A DNA stretch of 64,000 nt from Promethearchaeota archaeon (lineage in GTDB: Archaea > Asgardarchaeota > Lokiarchaeia > Sigyniarchaeales > SOKP01), in assembly GCA_030603385.1 (NCBI GenBank), contig JAUVXW010000008.1, forward strand, positions 64,001-128,000, in the 5' to 3' direction. The notes beneath the pieces are model-generated. The model was not told the DNA's origin and did no database searches. It worked only from the letters and a program-made list of their open reading frames with translations. The position numbers were made by a program, and so were the translations under genes. Shown in pieces: positions 50,201 through 58,603 of the stretch (positions are counted from its first letter, which is position 1; each line of letters begins with the position of its first letter).

Positions 50201-50290
50201 AAATTAAGATCGATAAGAGATCTCTTAGAAGATGAAATCCGGGAAGAATTTCTAGAAGAGTTAGAGATGTGGAAAGAAAAATTTGTTTAA
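47267..50290 (+). CDS. 1007-aa protein: N-terminal wHTH, coiled coil, five copies of a ~65-aa helical domain
   Basis: Repeats G.(E/D)(L/I)S....DI...W(I/L)SKL....L.DE.(K/R)E......WK. Confidence 0.8.
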   Translation: MKELLKMYDVSEEAIKVYLEGVGKFPFTLSEIHKTLPKSSVDEVKQTVSELIDKKLVLIMKSKFSDIFPHYLFLPPFAAVINAFSKLDENYEDITPQVKEDNTTIEVFQDNLLQDIELISQDLIEVISTQFEGNQTTEILSEVEKNVKKFSQVLLTEVNELIAKLKTRSIVNEIEIERVMRAVNQKIDESEEIISNMFTQFRDIIGEMGSASINTEVESFKTFIRKLGESIDKRSNEIVQDPKSSPLKNQQKLEQSFYNVLIDYISKDHISVDKFLPLNSLEKIQEIITLLLERCKEELIIIVPNIEDFIPLDEFDLEYSEDADSELSIRNISPTLKKPVIPPKSKPSISKKQKKELIEKIDFTAKRVADLKGYELSHDVADILAKISEINPESLIIENVQGWLNRLLLIRRFLDQNTQYLILEDIEKWKKDYLKIKKKEAEPEQTVKDGSESAIYNGKNIDPGMIVKDLKLSIISTELHNNKHVNALKKKGIEYLRLKNNNTVAIIGDGMYLVFGISQKIKKDSNYEITGFTTSFKPLMELIQPNILKIINEAKPTREIQINEGFNEIIENINDYSGKKISTKLKDLLNVAFEKDGISLNILEFKLLVSKLEKIYYPLEDDMKAYVIEELDKLNKEFSSLELMYPPEFRPPIIDEKSTEVLEQGLESEDKEIEPLDPEKVNNLFDLFLEKIDDLKGVELGVQIDKFIEVILKLQGHSQIVDWKSNLSNLDKALDEPLKEKIRQDFLTWKKGILNPALTGQTPKSEEYVDSSATQKDYMSEIEEEYISPGLSQSQFQSDDITSSESKGDSEEQKIDPSVKMKEEFDDIEKNFTELNGVDISKKIQNIVDIFLETEGYSMDLKEIKDWISKLRRIRKPLDDEIKEDFVIAFFKWKEKYSKGDSDNQTLDFGPSFEYSEEDHDTLDGENRKSLNNKIESLIQATNISTGNKLSGELQDISDIVLRSHGAVAANVIRQWISKLRSIRDLLEDEIREEFLEELEMWKEKFV

Positions 50291-50298
50291 TCGGAAAT

Positions 50299-52491
50299 TT
50301 ATATAAAAACAACTTGTTCGACTAAATCTCTGATTTTTATTAACTTCCTATTTATTAAAATTCGAACTTTCTTTGATGTGATTTTTGGATTATTGATGAA
50401 TAATTCTTGAACCATCACATGACACGTTTTACCTTTTTTAGCTAATTTTCTATGAATTGGATTATTTTCATCGTAAGTCGGAATAGGAAACATAAAAGGT
50501 CGCTTATGTATATGCCTTGAACTTTTTATAAGTCTTATATTTTTTGATAAATTTGGAGCGTTCAAAATTGCTGATAAATAATAAGCTTCTTCTTGTATAT
50601 CAGTAGAATAATAATAGTTTTCCGATCCAATAATTACTTTTTGTTCTTCGTTATTAATAACAGTAGCTTTTAGATGAGAGCCACTTGCGTTGTAAACAAC
50701 AAGAAAAGATTTATTATTTATTTGCTTTTGTAATTTATTCCAATAATTCAAATTATCATATAAAGTATCTATCTTGGTCGTTTCCTTTTTATTTTCTTGA
50801 TAAAAACTATTTACTTCATTATAGAAACCTTGAGCCTTCGGATAATGTTGAAGAAAATCATGGTTAAACATTAGTTGTTCATTAATCGGTAAAAACACAT
50901 CTTTCAATTCTTTTAAATGAAAAGGGATAAGCTGTAAGTTTAAAAAGGTTTTAAAGTGAAATTTTTGCTCAATTTCTTTATTTTGAAATTGAAATTCCCA
51001 TCTTTCTTTTGCTCTTGATAAAATATCAGGATCAGAATCAATTATAAGATATTTCCCTTTTTTTTCTCTAATTTGGAAAAATACAAGAGCTCTAGGAACT
51101 AAGGTTGCTCCTTGTAGAAATTTTTTTTTATAGGGGCTATTTTCTAAATTGTTTAAAATATTTAATTCGTGGATTGGTAAAATTAATTTAGCACCATTAT
51201 CCTCAATTTTTAAACTTGAATAATATATTTCTTCTTGTAATTCAATTTTGTTATTAAAGATCTTTGCTTTTATCGGATACCGTTTACTAATTGATATATT
51301 GCTATTTTGACCAATATATTCCGCTTTAAGACAGACGTGATTGACATTAAAAAAATAATTATTAGGGAAATCCCAAATTTCTAAATCTTTATTGAAAATT
51401 GAAAACGCCCTAAATTCGAAGCAATGGTCGCCGATCAAGGAACTTTTGGGCATGACAAAAAATATTTTACCCTTCTTTTTCAGAAATTTTACAGGGATAG
51501 CATAAAAAAAAATCGCTGCTAATTCTATATGAGTAATATATTGACTTGAAGGTTTAATATCTAATTTATCAGATAATTCTCGAATTTTTATCTGGTAGTC
51601 TTTATCAAACAAATCCTTATATGTTAACCATGGAGGATTTCCTATCACTAAATCAAATGAATTAAATATGTCATTTATATTTAGATTTAAAATTTTTTTA
51701 CAATAATCTGGAAATAAAGAATCACAGAGAAAAATATTTATATTTGGGAATTGTTCTTCCTCAATTTTGAAATGTTCTAAAAGTATTAAAAAGATGTTGA
51801 CTTTTGCTGTAATAATCGCTAAAGGGTTTACGTCAAATCCAAAGACATTATTTATTGCTTTAAGCTTATTGGAAGGAGAATTCTGAGAATCAAGAATCTC
51901 TATTATTATACTAATTAAGAAATTTCCTGAACCGCATGATGGATCTAAAATTTTTGACCCAAATTCATAGAAATCCTCCAACATCTTCTTTACAAGATGT
52001 AATGGAGTAAAAAATTCTCCTCTTTTATGTCTAATGTCAGAAATGAAAATTTGTTGATAGAGCTGACTGAATATATCCTGTTTTTCAAATATACCGCCTT
52101 TTATTTCATTATATATCTTCTTAAATAGTCCTTTTTTGATAGATGTCCAGAAAAAGTATTCAAATTCGAAGATTTTAAATTTTTTGATTCTCTTTTCAAC
52201 GCTATCATTATATATCTCTTCAAAACTAAGATTTTTAATAAATCCTATCTTAACCAAGACTAAAATCTTTAATATTTGGGCAAAATAAGTATGTTTTTGA
52301 AAAAGCTCTGAAGAAATATCCTTACCATAAATATTATTGAATGTTTTTACCCATTTTTTATAATTAATTTCATAATTCTTCTCGGAGATAGAACTATGTT
52401 TGAGGAATTTCATAAATTCATTATATATCTCTGAATTTACACCAAAAATCTTTGTAATAACTTCGGAATTTATTAATTTTTTAATTCCCAT
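50299..52491 (-). CDS. N6-adenine DNA methyltransferase (gamma class, type IIG-like M+TRD, no nuclease seen)
   Basis: GEFFTP, LDPSCGSG, GFDVNP, IGNPPW, YLSAILN. Confidence 0.88.
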   Translation of the reverse strand: MGIKKLINSEVITKIFGVNSEIYNEFMKFLKHSSISEKNYEINYKKWVKTFNNIYGKDISSELFQKHTYFAQILKILVLVKIGFIKNLSFEEIYNDSVEKRIKKFKIFEFEYFFWTSIKKGLFKKIYNEIKGGIFEKQDIFSQLYQQIFISDIRHKRGEFFTPLHLVKKMLEDFYEFGSKILDPSCGSGNFLISIIIEILDSQNSPSNKLKAINNVFGFDVNPLAIITAKVNIFLILLEHFKIEEEQFPNINIFLCDSLFPDYCKKILNLNINDIFNSFDLVIGNPPWLTYKDLFDKDYQIKIRELSDKLDIKPSSQYITHIELAAIFFYAIPVKFLKKKGKIFFVMPKSSLIGDHCFEFRAFSIFNKDLEIWDFPNNYFFNVNHVCLKAEYIGQNSNISISKRYPIKAKIFNNKIELQEEIYYSSLKIEDNGAKLILPIHELNILNNLENSPYKKKFLQGATLVPRALVFFQIREKKGKYLIIDSDPDILSRAKERWEFQFQNKEIEQKFHFKTFLNLQLIPFHLKELKDVFLPINEQLMFNHDFLQHYPKAQGFYNEVNSFYQENKKETTKIDTLYDNLNYWNKLQKQINNKSFLVVYNASGSHLKATVINNEEQKVIIGSENYYYSTDIQEEAYYLSAILNAPNLSKNIRLIKSSRHIHKRPFMFPIPTYDENNPIHRKLAKKGKTCHVMVQELFINNPKITSKKVRILINRKLIKIRDLVEQVVFI

Positions 52492-52549
52492 TTTGAAAAG
52501 TAAAGAACTATAATGTAAAAAAGAATTGAAAATAAAAAAAAAGGTTATC

Positions 52550-53095
52550 TTACTTTCTCATAAATGTTGGAAGCATGAAAGAAAAAATCTTTGCAATTTT
52601 CCTTAATTTTGCTTTCTCTTGTATTGATGTGATAATTAATACCGAATTTGATAGTTCTTCTCTATCCAAAGAACCCCCTGAATAAATTGCTTGGTTAGTA
52701 TTGAATACCAACAAAAATCTCACATTGGGATTATTAATTATACTTATCCCTTCAGTAACCTTCAAATCATCATAGATAGGTCGAAGATTTTTTGGTAAAT
52801 CTCCTCTATCATTTGTGATTAAAAGTACAGGAATCCCTTTTTGAGTAACTTTTTTTAATTCCTTTGAGTAGAACTCATCAACTTTCGGTGTAACAATATT
52901 TAGTTGTTCTTTAGTTGACGCAATTAAATTTAACAGTTGATCATTAAGCACATTTCTTTTCTCTTGCCCACCAGAAGATTCTATGTTAAACATTCCAACT
53001 AATGTCATAATTTTATTTTCTAATGAAGCTATTTCCTGCTTCAAACGTTTATTTTCTACACGTAACTCGAGTAACCGGTCGGAAATTTTATACAC
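52550..53095 (-). CDS. coiled coil + PLD/TrmB-like domain protein
   Basis: LIAST.EQLNIVTP, GIPVLLIT, AIYSGGSL; no HKD. Confidence 0.6.
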   Translation of the reverse strand: MYKISDRLLELRVENKRLKQEIASLENKIMTLVGMFNIESSGGQEKRNVLNDQLLNLIASTKEQLNIVTPKVDEFYSKELKKVTQKGIPVLLITNDRGDLPKNLRPIYDDLKVTEGISIINNPNVRFLLVFNTNQAIYSGGSLDREELSNSVLIITSIQEKAKLRKIAKIFSFMLPTFMRK

Positions 53096-53288
53096 TCACC
53101 ATTTTTGTCAATTTTTTCAACTCAAAACATGCTTCCATTCATTAAATAAGTTTTAATTAATTTCTTTTTAAATAATGAATTTTACAAGTTTGATATTTTA
53201 AATTTAATTTAATTCTTGTATTAATTAATTAAAATTTTCTTTATAAATATTTTTTATCCCATATTTTTTTATATAAAAAGTTTTAAAT

Positions 53289-55880
53289 TCACGGTATTAA
53301 CCTTTTCCAAGGTTGTCCGAAGAGTATAAAACTTGATACTGCTAGGCTGCTTCTTAAATCAATTCTTGCAGCACCGTCTTTTTTTAGTGAATCTTTAAAT
53401 TGTTGTTCCACAATTTCTTCCATCTGCTTTGCTATACATTGTTGACGAGCCTTAAGAAGTGATACTCCTTGGCTATTATTATTGAATAAATTAATGAAAA
53501 AGATTGAGGTAATATCTTTCGTTTCTTCGTTGAAAAGTGGGTAAGTTCTCGAAATAATCCCAGTAAATTTAGTTTGATCGAATTGAGCAACAACCTCTCC
53601 AAACGTTTTAAGAACATTCTTTAGTTTTTGACCTTCGATATCAAAAATCTGAGTGTTGAAAAATAATAGAGGTTGTAAATTTGAGTTATCTTGACTTAAA
53701 GCATTATTTATTTTTTTGAATGTGATGATTTCATTATCATTAGCTAGTAAGTAGCTATCATTTGGGCTCCATTTAGAATAAAATATATTTCCTACAAATA
53801 TAATAATATGATAAAAATCTTTTGAGAAGTGGTCTAAGAACTTTTCTCGTGTCGAATTTGGGCCAATAAGCGTAGTAATTTGATTGATATTTTCCACATT
53901 ATTAAAAAAATTGATAATATAGTTTACTTCATTCGCACCAGCTATAAATGGGTATATTAATTCTTTTCTTTTCAATTCCTCATTCCATTTTAAAGGACTT
54001 GTAGAATTTATCGCATCAATTATTAAAACATTAAATTTTCTATTAGCTTGCTCAGATGCAGGTTCATTTAAAGATCTTTGTTCAAAAGAAAACCCTCCAA
54101 GCGGTATTTCACCAATTTTATATCCAATCGAATATTTTAGCAAGAAAAAATTATTATCATATATCAAATCAAAAGGAATAGTCATGTTATCCATGACAAA
54201 ATAAATTTGAGGTATAGCCTTCAAGCTTTCAATTTTGAAAGATTTAAAAAAATCTCTAATTAATTTTGGTAAAAAAATATATAACATTTCCCCAAATTCG
54301 TTAAGGTTGAACATAAACTTTCTCTTTTCAGTCTCATAGAAAAGTTCATTATATATATCTAAAATTTGAGTATCATTCCAGTATTCATTAGTTATGTTAC
54401 CCTCTAAAATTTGATGATCCGTTGAAAACATACGATACGAAATCATCCCCTTAGAATTTATTCTTAGGACCATGTTTTTTATGGAAAAACTTTCAAAATC
54501 TAATCTGAGAGAATTATCCCCATCTTTAAATGAATAAATCTGATTGTTTAAAGGTTCTACCTCATTATATAGCGACACAACATCTTTTATTAATTTATTA
54601 AAATCTTTTTCAAGATAAAGTATTATTTTTTGAGCTATTTTAAAATTCTTTTCTTCAAAAAGGGCACGATAGAACATCATCCTCCAAAAATCTCTTTGTT
54701 CTAAAGAAAAGAACATAGATTTGAATTGCCAAAGCAAGTTACATGTATAGAAGTAATGAAAAATTTGAGCACTCGTTTGAGGCATTTTTAAATGGGTGTC
54801 TAACTTTTCTAAAGACTGTAATAAATACCTTTTCTCTTTCATTTCAACAAACTTTTTGCAAGCTTCAACCCATAGTTCAATTAAAATGTTATCGTAGGAT
54901 AGATCTGTTTTATACAAAAATAAATCTTCTAAGAAATCATAAATCTCAAATGCTATTTCAAAGCGATTTCTATTAATTGAAAAATCAATGAATTTTCGAA
55001 TATAAGTAACTGCATCCCCATATGATTGATATTCTTGCATTTTTGAGAAAATATTTCTAATGATAATTATAATCCAAGAATGTTCTCCTATATCATTCAA
55101 ATAATTTATAAGTTCTTCAAGATCCACTAAAATAGTATTAAAACTTCTTTCATTGATCGATATTCTACTGATACTATTAAATTCGTTTTTTAAATACTGT
55201 GGAAGGCGATTGATTAAAATTTTATTAATTATTCTCACAAATTCTGAGGAATCTTCCATAAGGTTATATTTAATACAGACATCTTCTAAAGTCATATAAA
55301 TAAATAATGTTCTTTTACTTGGTTCCAATTTTAACACAGTTTTACCCAATTTTTCCATACTTAAATGAAAAAATTCTGAAGGTGCTACGGATTTCCTCAA
55401 AAACATTAATAAAATTTGTAATTCTATTAATTTCTGATATTCATCTTTTTCATGTAATTTTACAGAAAAAGAATTGATGAATTTAGTGATTCCTTTCTGA
55501 GATAAATCCTCCATTTTTATAAACTGCTTAAGAAGATTTATCCCAAAATTATTGAATAAATAAAAATCATCCAAATTAGCTAAGAATGAAAAAAATCTTT
55601 TATATGCATCGATATATCGGATTAAATCAATTTTAACTTTTCCTTCTTCCCGTCTTACGAGTGAATTTAAATATATCCACCAAGAATTCGAGATTATCAT
55701 TAATAATTGATGCTTCTTCTGGATATCTAACCATTCATTTTTTTCTATATCCATTCTTAAATTATCAAGTAAATTTGAAGCCCATTTATGATTAGCACCA
55801 AATAATAATTTGCGTGCAATTATTATTTTTTTTTGAAAGTCTATTAAAAATTCCTGCTTTATATCTAAACTAACAGTCAT
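53289..55880 (-). CDS. helical-solenoid protein with C-terminal CHAT (caspase-like) domain lacking the catalytic dyad
   Basis: IPFDLIYD..F...Y.IG, STREKFL, YHIIIFVGNI, LFFNTQ, GVSLLKARQ, FILFGQP. Confidence 0.75.
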   Translation of the reverse strand: MTVSLDIKQEFLIDFQKKIIIARKLLFGANHKWASNLLDNLRMDIEKNEWLDIQKKHQLLMIISNSWWIYLNSLVRREEGKVKIDLIRYIDAYKRFFSFLANLDDFYLFNNFGINLLKQFIKMEDLSQKGITKFINSFSVKLHEKDEYQKLIELQILLMFLRKSVAPSEFFHLSMEKLGKTVLKLEPSKRTLFIYMTLEDVCIKYNLMEDSSEFVRIINKILINRLPQYLKNEFNSISRISINERSFNTILVDLEELINYLNDIGEHSWIIIIIRNIFSKMQEYQSYGDAVTYIRKFIDFSINRNRFEIAFEIYDFLEDLFLYKTDLSYDNILIELWVEACKKFVEMKEKRYLLQSLEKLDTHLKMPQTSAQIFHYFYTCNLLWQFKSMFFSLEQRDFWRMMFYRALFEEKNFKIAQKIILYLEKDFNKLIKDVVSLYNEVEPLNNQIYSFKDGDNSLRLDFESFSIKNMVLRINSKGMISYRMFSTDHQILEGNITNEYWNDTQILDIYNELFYETEKRKFMFNLNEFGEMLYIFLPKLIRDFFKSFKIESLKAIPQIYFVMDNMTIPFDLIYDNNFFLLKYSIGYKIGEIPLGGFSFEQRSLNEPASEQANRKFNVLIIDAINSTSPLKWNEELKRKELIYPFIAGANEVNYIINFFNNVENINQITTLIGPNSTREKFLDHFSKDFYHIIIFVGNIFYSKWSPNDSYLLANDNEIITFKKINNALSQDNSNLQPLLFFNTQIFDIEGQKLKNVLKTFGEVVAQFDQTKFTGIISRTYPLFNEETKDITSIFFINLFNNNSQGVSLLKARQQCIAKQMEEIVEQQFKDSLKKDGAARIDLRSSLAVSSFILFGQPWKRLIP

Positions 55881-55901
55881 AAAATTTTAATTTCCTTAAT
55901 T

Positions 55902-57089
55902 TTAATTATTGTTTTGATTGGGGCTTTCCATTTCTTCTCCTTCGGAGACTTTAGGGTTTTGTTCCCATCCTTTTTTCAATTTTCCCTGTGCCCATAAAAC
56001 ACTAGCTCCAACCCAACTAACATTCTCTCTTCCTGAGGCTGCTAATACATTAATTTTTTCTTTTATTCTATCTGAGAAGAACTTTGAAATCTCAATTTTT
56101 AATCTCTTATCCAATCCAGGGATCAAACTTCCGCCACCTGCAAGAATAATATTCGATAATAAATCCTCCCAATTCTCTCGATCCCATGTACGAACAACTT
56201 TAGCAATTGCCTCAGGTAATCCAATATAATCAATATGAATTATTGATGGATTAAATAGAGGCTCTGAAATAAGAAACCTTTCTGAATTAATTTCTAAATT
56301 AGATCCATCAGGTAAATCAATGTTACTTTTATATTTTGTAAATCCATCCTTTATTCGTCTGATCTCCTCTTCTGGATCTAAAATACATAATGATAATTTA
56401 TCTTTTATCTCCTTAGTAATTATATGATCAAGATATATTGATTTTCCAGACCCAATTTGGGTTAAAAGTATGTTAAGAAGATAATTAGTTATATCTTTAC
56501 CAGCAATTGGATATGTATCTCTTGCCATTACATTAGAGAAACCATGTAAGAATGTTGTAATATAGGTATTTTCCTCTCCCATACTTACGATTACTCCACT
56601 TGTCTTCCGGAATGTAGATATTATTCCTTGACTTTCAGATAAAAATAAAACACTTGGAAAATCAAACACATTAAAAAAAATATCTTTTAATTTGGTTTTC
56701 TCTAATTCAGGCATGAAGAAGGGCATAATTATGATAATTGGTTGTTTAAATTGATTTTCTTCCATTATTTCTAACTGTTTGTAATGATGATAAAAGAATT
56801 TCATTAAAATTGTAAAATTATTTTCTTTTTTAAACTCATGAACCGTCAGTATATTAGAATATTTTAGCGCTTCATGACCAAATAACTGATTGTCGACATT
56901 CTTTTCACTAATAAATATATCTTCAAGACCAGTAATTACATCTGAAGTAAATAAATAATCAGTATTATCTACATAGACACTGGGAGCAATAATATCTGGA
57001 TAATCATTACCTGCCCATCCCAGTCGAAAAAAATTATTACCTATATCGAGAATTAATGGACGTAGTTGGGTTTTATTTTCAAATGACAT
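55902..57089 (-). CDS. Asgard actin-related protein (divergent actin family)
   Basis: LILDIG...GWAG.DYP....PS, AGKDITNYL, LPDG..LEI.SERF...EPLFNP, NIILAGG.SLIPG...RL, SWVGAS. Confidence 0.92.
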   Translation of the reverse strand: MSFENKTQLRPLILDIGNNFFRLGWAGNDYPDIIAPSVYVDNTDYLFTSDVITGLEDIFISEKNVDNQLFGHEALKYSNILTVHEFKKENNFTILMKFFYHHYKQLEIMEENQFKQPIIIIMPFFMPELEKTKLKDIFFNVFDFPSVLFLSESQGIISTFRKTSGVIVSMGEENTYITTFLHGFSNVMARDTYPIAGKDITNYLLNILLTQIGSGKSIYLDHIITKEIKDKLSLCILDPEEEIRRIKDGFTKYKSNIDLPDGSNLEINSERFLISEPLFNPSIIHIDYIGLPEAIAKVVRTWDRENWEDLLSNIILAGGGSLIPGLDKRLKIEISKFFSDRIKEKINVLAASGRENVSWVGASVLWAQGKLKKGWEQNPKVSEGEEMESPNQNNN

Positions 57090-57141
57090 ATTCTTCTGAT
57101 AATTTTTAATTTATTACATCATTCAGAAAAAAAGCGTATAT

Positions 57142-58002
57142 TTAGTACCTTATTTCATGAATTAAATCGTCTGTGACTCTCTTTAATTGATATTCCTTAA
57201 TTTGTAATTCTAATAATCCTAATACTCTTTTAAATTTGCCAGACATAGATTCTATGTCAACTTCTGCAACCTTTTCAACTTCATCGCGTTTGATTTTAAA
57301 CAACTCTAACTCTGCCGCGATCTTTTTATATTGATTGTTTATTGACACAACCAAATCATCTGTATTTTTCTTGGTTATTTTACGCATTTTTCTTAAAATT
57401 GCTAATATATTAGAAATAGAATTCTCCCATCTCTCGTATCTCTCATTATAACTCTTTAATAAATCCTCAAAAAATATCGTTAATTTAGCATAAATATTAT
57501 CTTTTTTAATCGATGGTTGTGTTTTTTTCTCTGGAGGTGTTGGGGCTAGTTCTTCTTTAACTTCTAAGGCTTCTTTTTCACCTGAAGTTGGCACTGTTGA
57601 AGCTTCTACTTGAATCTTCGGACGAGTTACAGTTTTAAGTTTTTCATGACTTATTGATGGTTTTGCCCTTTCCTTAGACTCAGAGGCTAATAAAACTTTC
57701 TCTCGTTTTTGGGAAGGTTTTCTTTGGGTCAAAGGGACATCTTCCAAAGCGTACGCTGCAGCTATTTTACTTTTGCTTTCATGAGATAACTGAGGTGTAA
57801 TTTTTTCATCTCCCTCTTTTTTAGGAAGCTCAAATCCCCTTCCTTCAGTAGCTTCCTCCATTAAGCTCTGTAATGTCGTTTTTGTAGTTTTTATTGAATG
57901 CAAAGCATCATCTAAGGAATAATCTTGAATATCCCCTATCTCTTCAACTTCTTCAACTATTTTTTTTTTCTTCTCTTTCTTCTTCTTCTTCTTCTTCGCC
58001 AT
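57142..58002 (-). CDS. protein with polybasic N-terminus, disordered linker and C-terminal helical bundle
   Basis: MAKKKKKKKEKKKK; probable start ATG 58002. Confidence 0.75.
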   Translation of the reverse strand: MAKKKKKKKEKKKKIVEEVEEIGDIQDYSLDDALHSIKTTKTTLQSLMEEATEGRGFELPKKEGDEKITPQLSHESKSKIAAAYALEDVPLTQRKPSQKREKVLLASESKERAKPSISHEKLKTVTRPKIQVEASTVPTSGEKEALEVKEELAPTPPEKKTQPSIKKDNIYAKLTIFFEDLLKSYNERYERWENSISNILAILRKMRKITKKNTDDLVVSINNQYKKIAAELELFKIKRDEVEKVAEVDIESMSGKFKRVLGLLELQIKEYQLKRVTDDLIHEIRY

Positions 58003-58043
58003 AGAATATACCCATATACTTAATAAAATTCTCATTTATGAAT

Positions 58044-58451
58044 TTATTCAAAAGGTAGGATATCAACATTAATTGCTTTTCCGTTTTTTATCAAGGTTTC
58101 TCTTAATTCTTCCATATTAACATTTTTTGGAGATGGACTAAGTACAGTCCAAATTGCTGTTTTCGATTTTTCTAAAATGATACTCTCTCCCCACATCAAA
58201 GAAATCCCAAAATCTCCGAATATTGTTGCAATTTTTGCTAAAGAACCAGGTTCATCGTTCATTGTAATTCTAAACTTGATAGGTTTATCCTCCCTTGAAA
58301 TTCCTACTGGTGTTATCCGTATTTCCTTTGTTTCTGAGTCGCTTACAAGCATTAACTGTGAATCTGTTGTAATGCCAAGATTTTTCCTAGTTACTAATGG
58401 TAGTACTATCCTCCCTCGATTATCTATAGATATAATTTTAACATCCTTCAT
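58044..58451 (-). CDS. AbrB/MazE-type DNA-binding + ACT domain protein
   Basis: IDNRGRIVLP...RKNLGI; DEPGSLAKIA..FGDFGISL. Confidence 0.85.
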   Translation of the reverse strand: MKDVKIISIDNRGRIVLPLVTRKNLGITTDSQLMLVSDSETKEIRITPVGISREDKPIKFRITMNDEPGSLAKIATIFGDFGISLMWGESIILEKSKTAIWTVLSPSPKNVNMEELRETLIKNGKAINVDILPFE

Positions 58452-58603
58452 ATTTCTTAATATATTACTATTTCTTTTAATAATTACAATATGGAAATAA
58501 TTTTCTTATAAATATTAACGAAATTATTATTAATAATTTTAATGAAAACTTTACATAGAAGAAGTTTAAAATTGAAATAATATAAAGAATTAGTATGTAA
58601 AAC

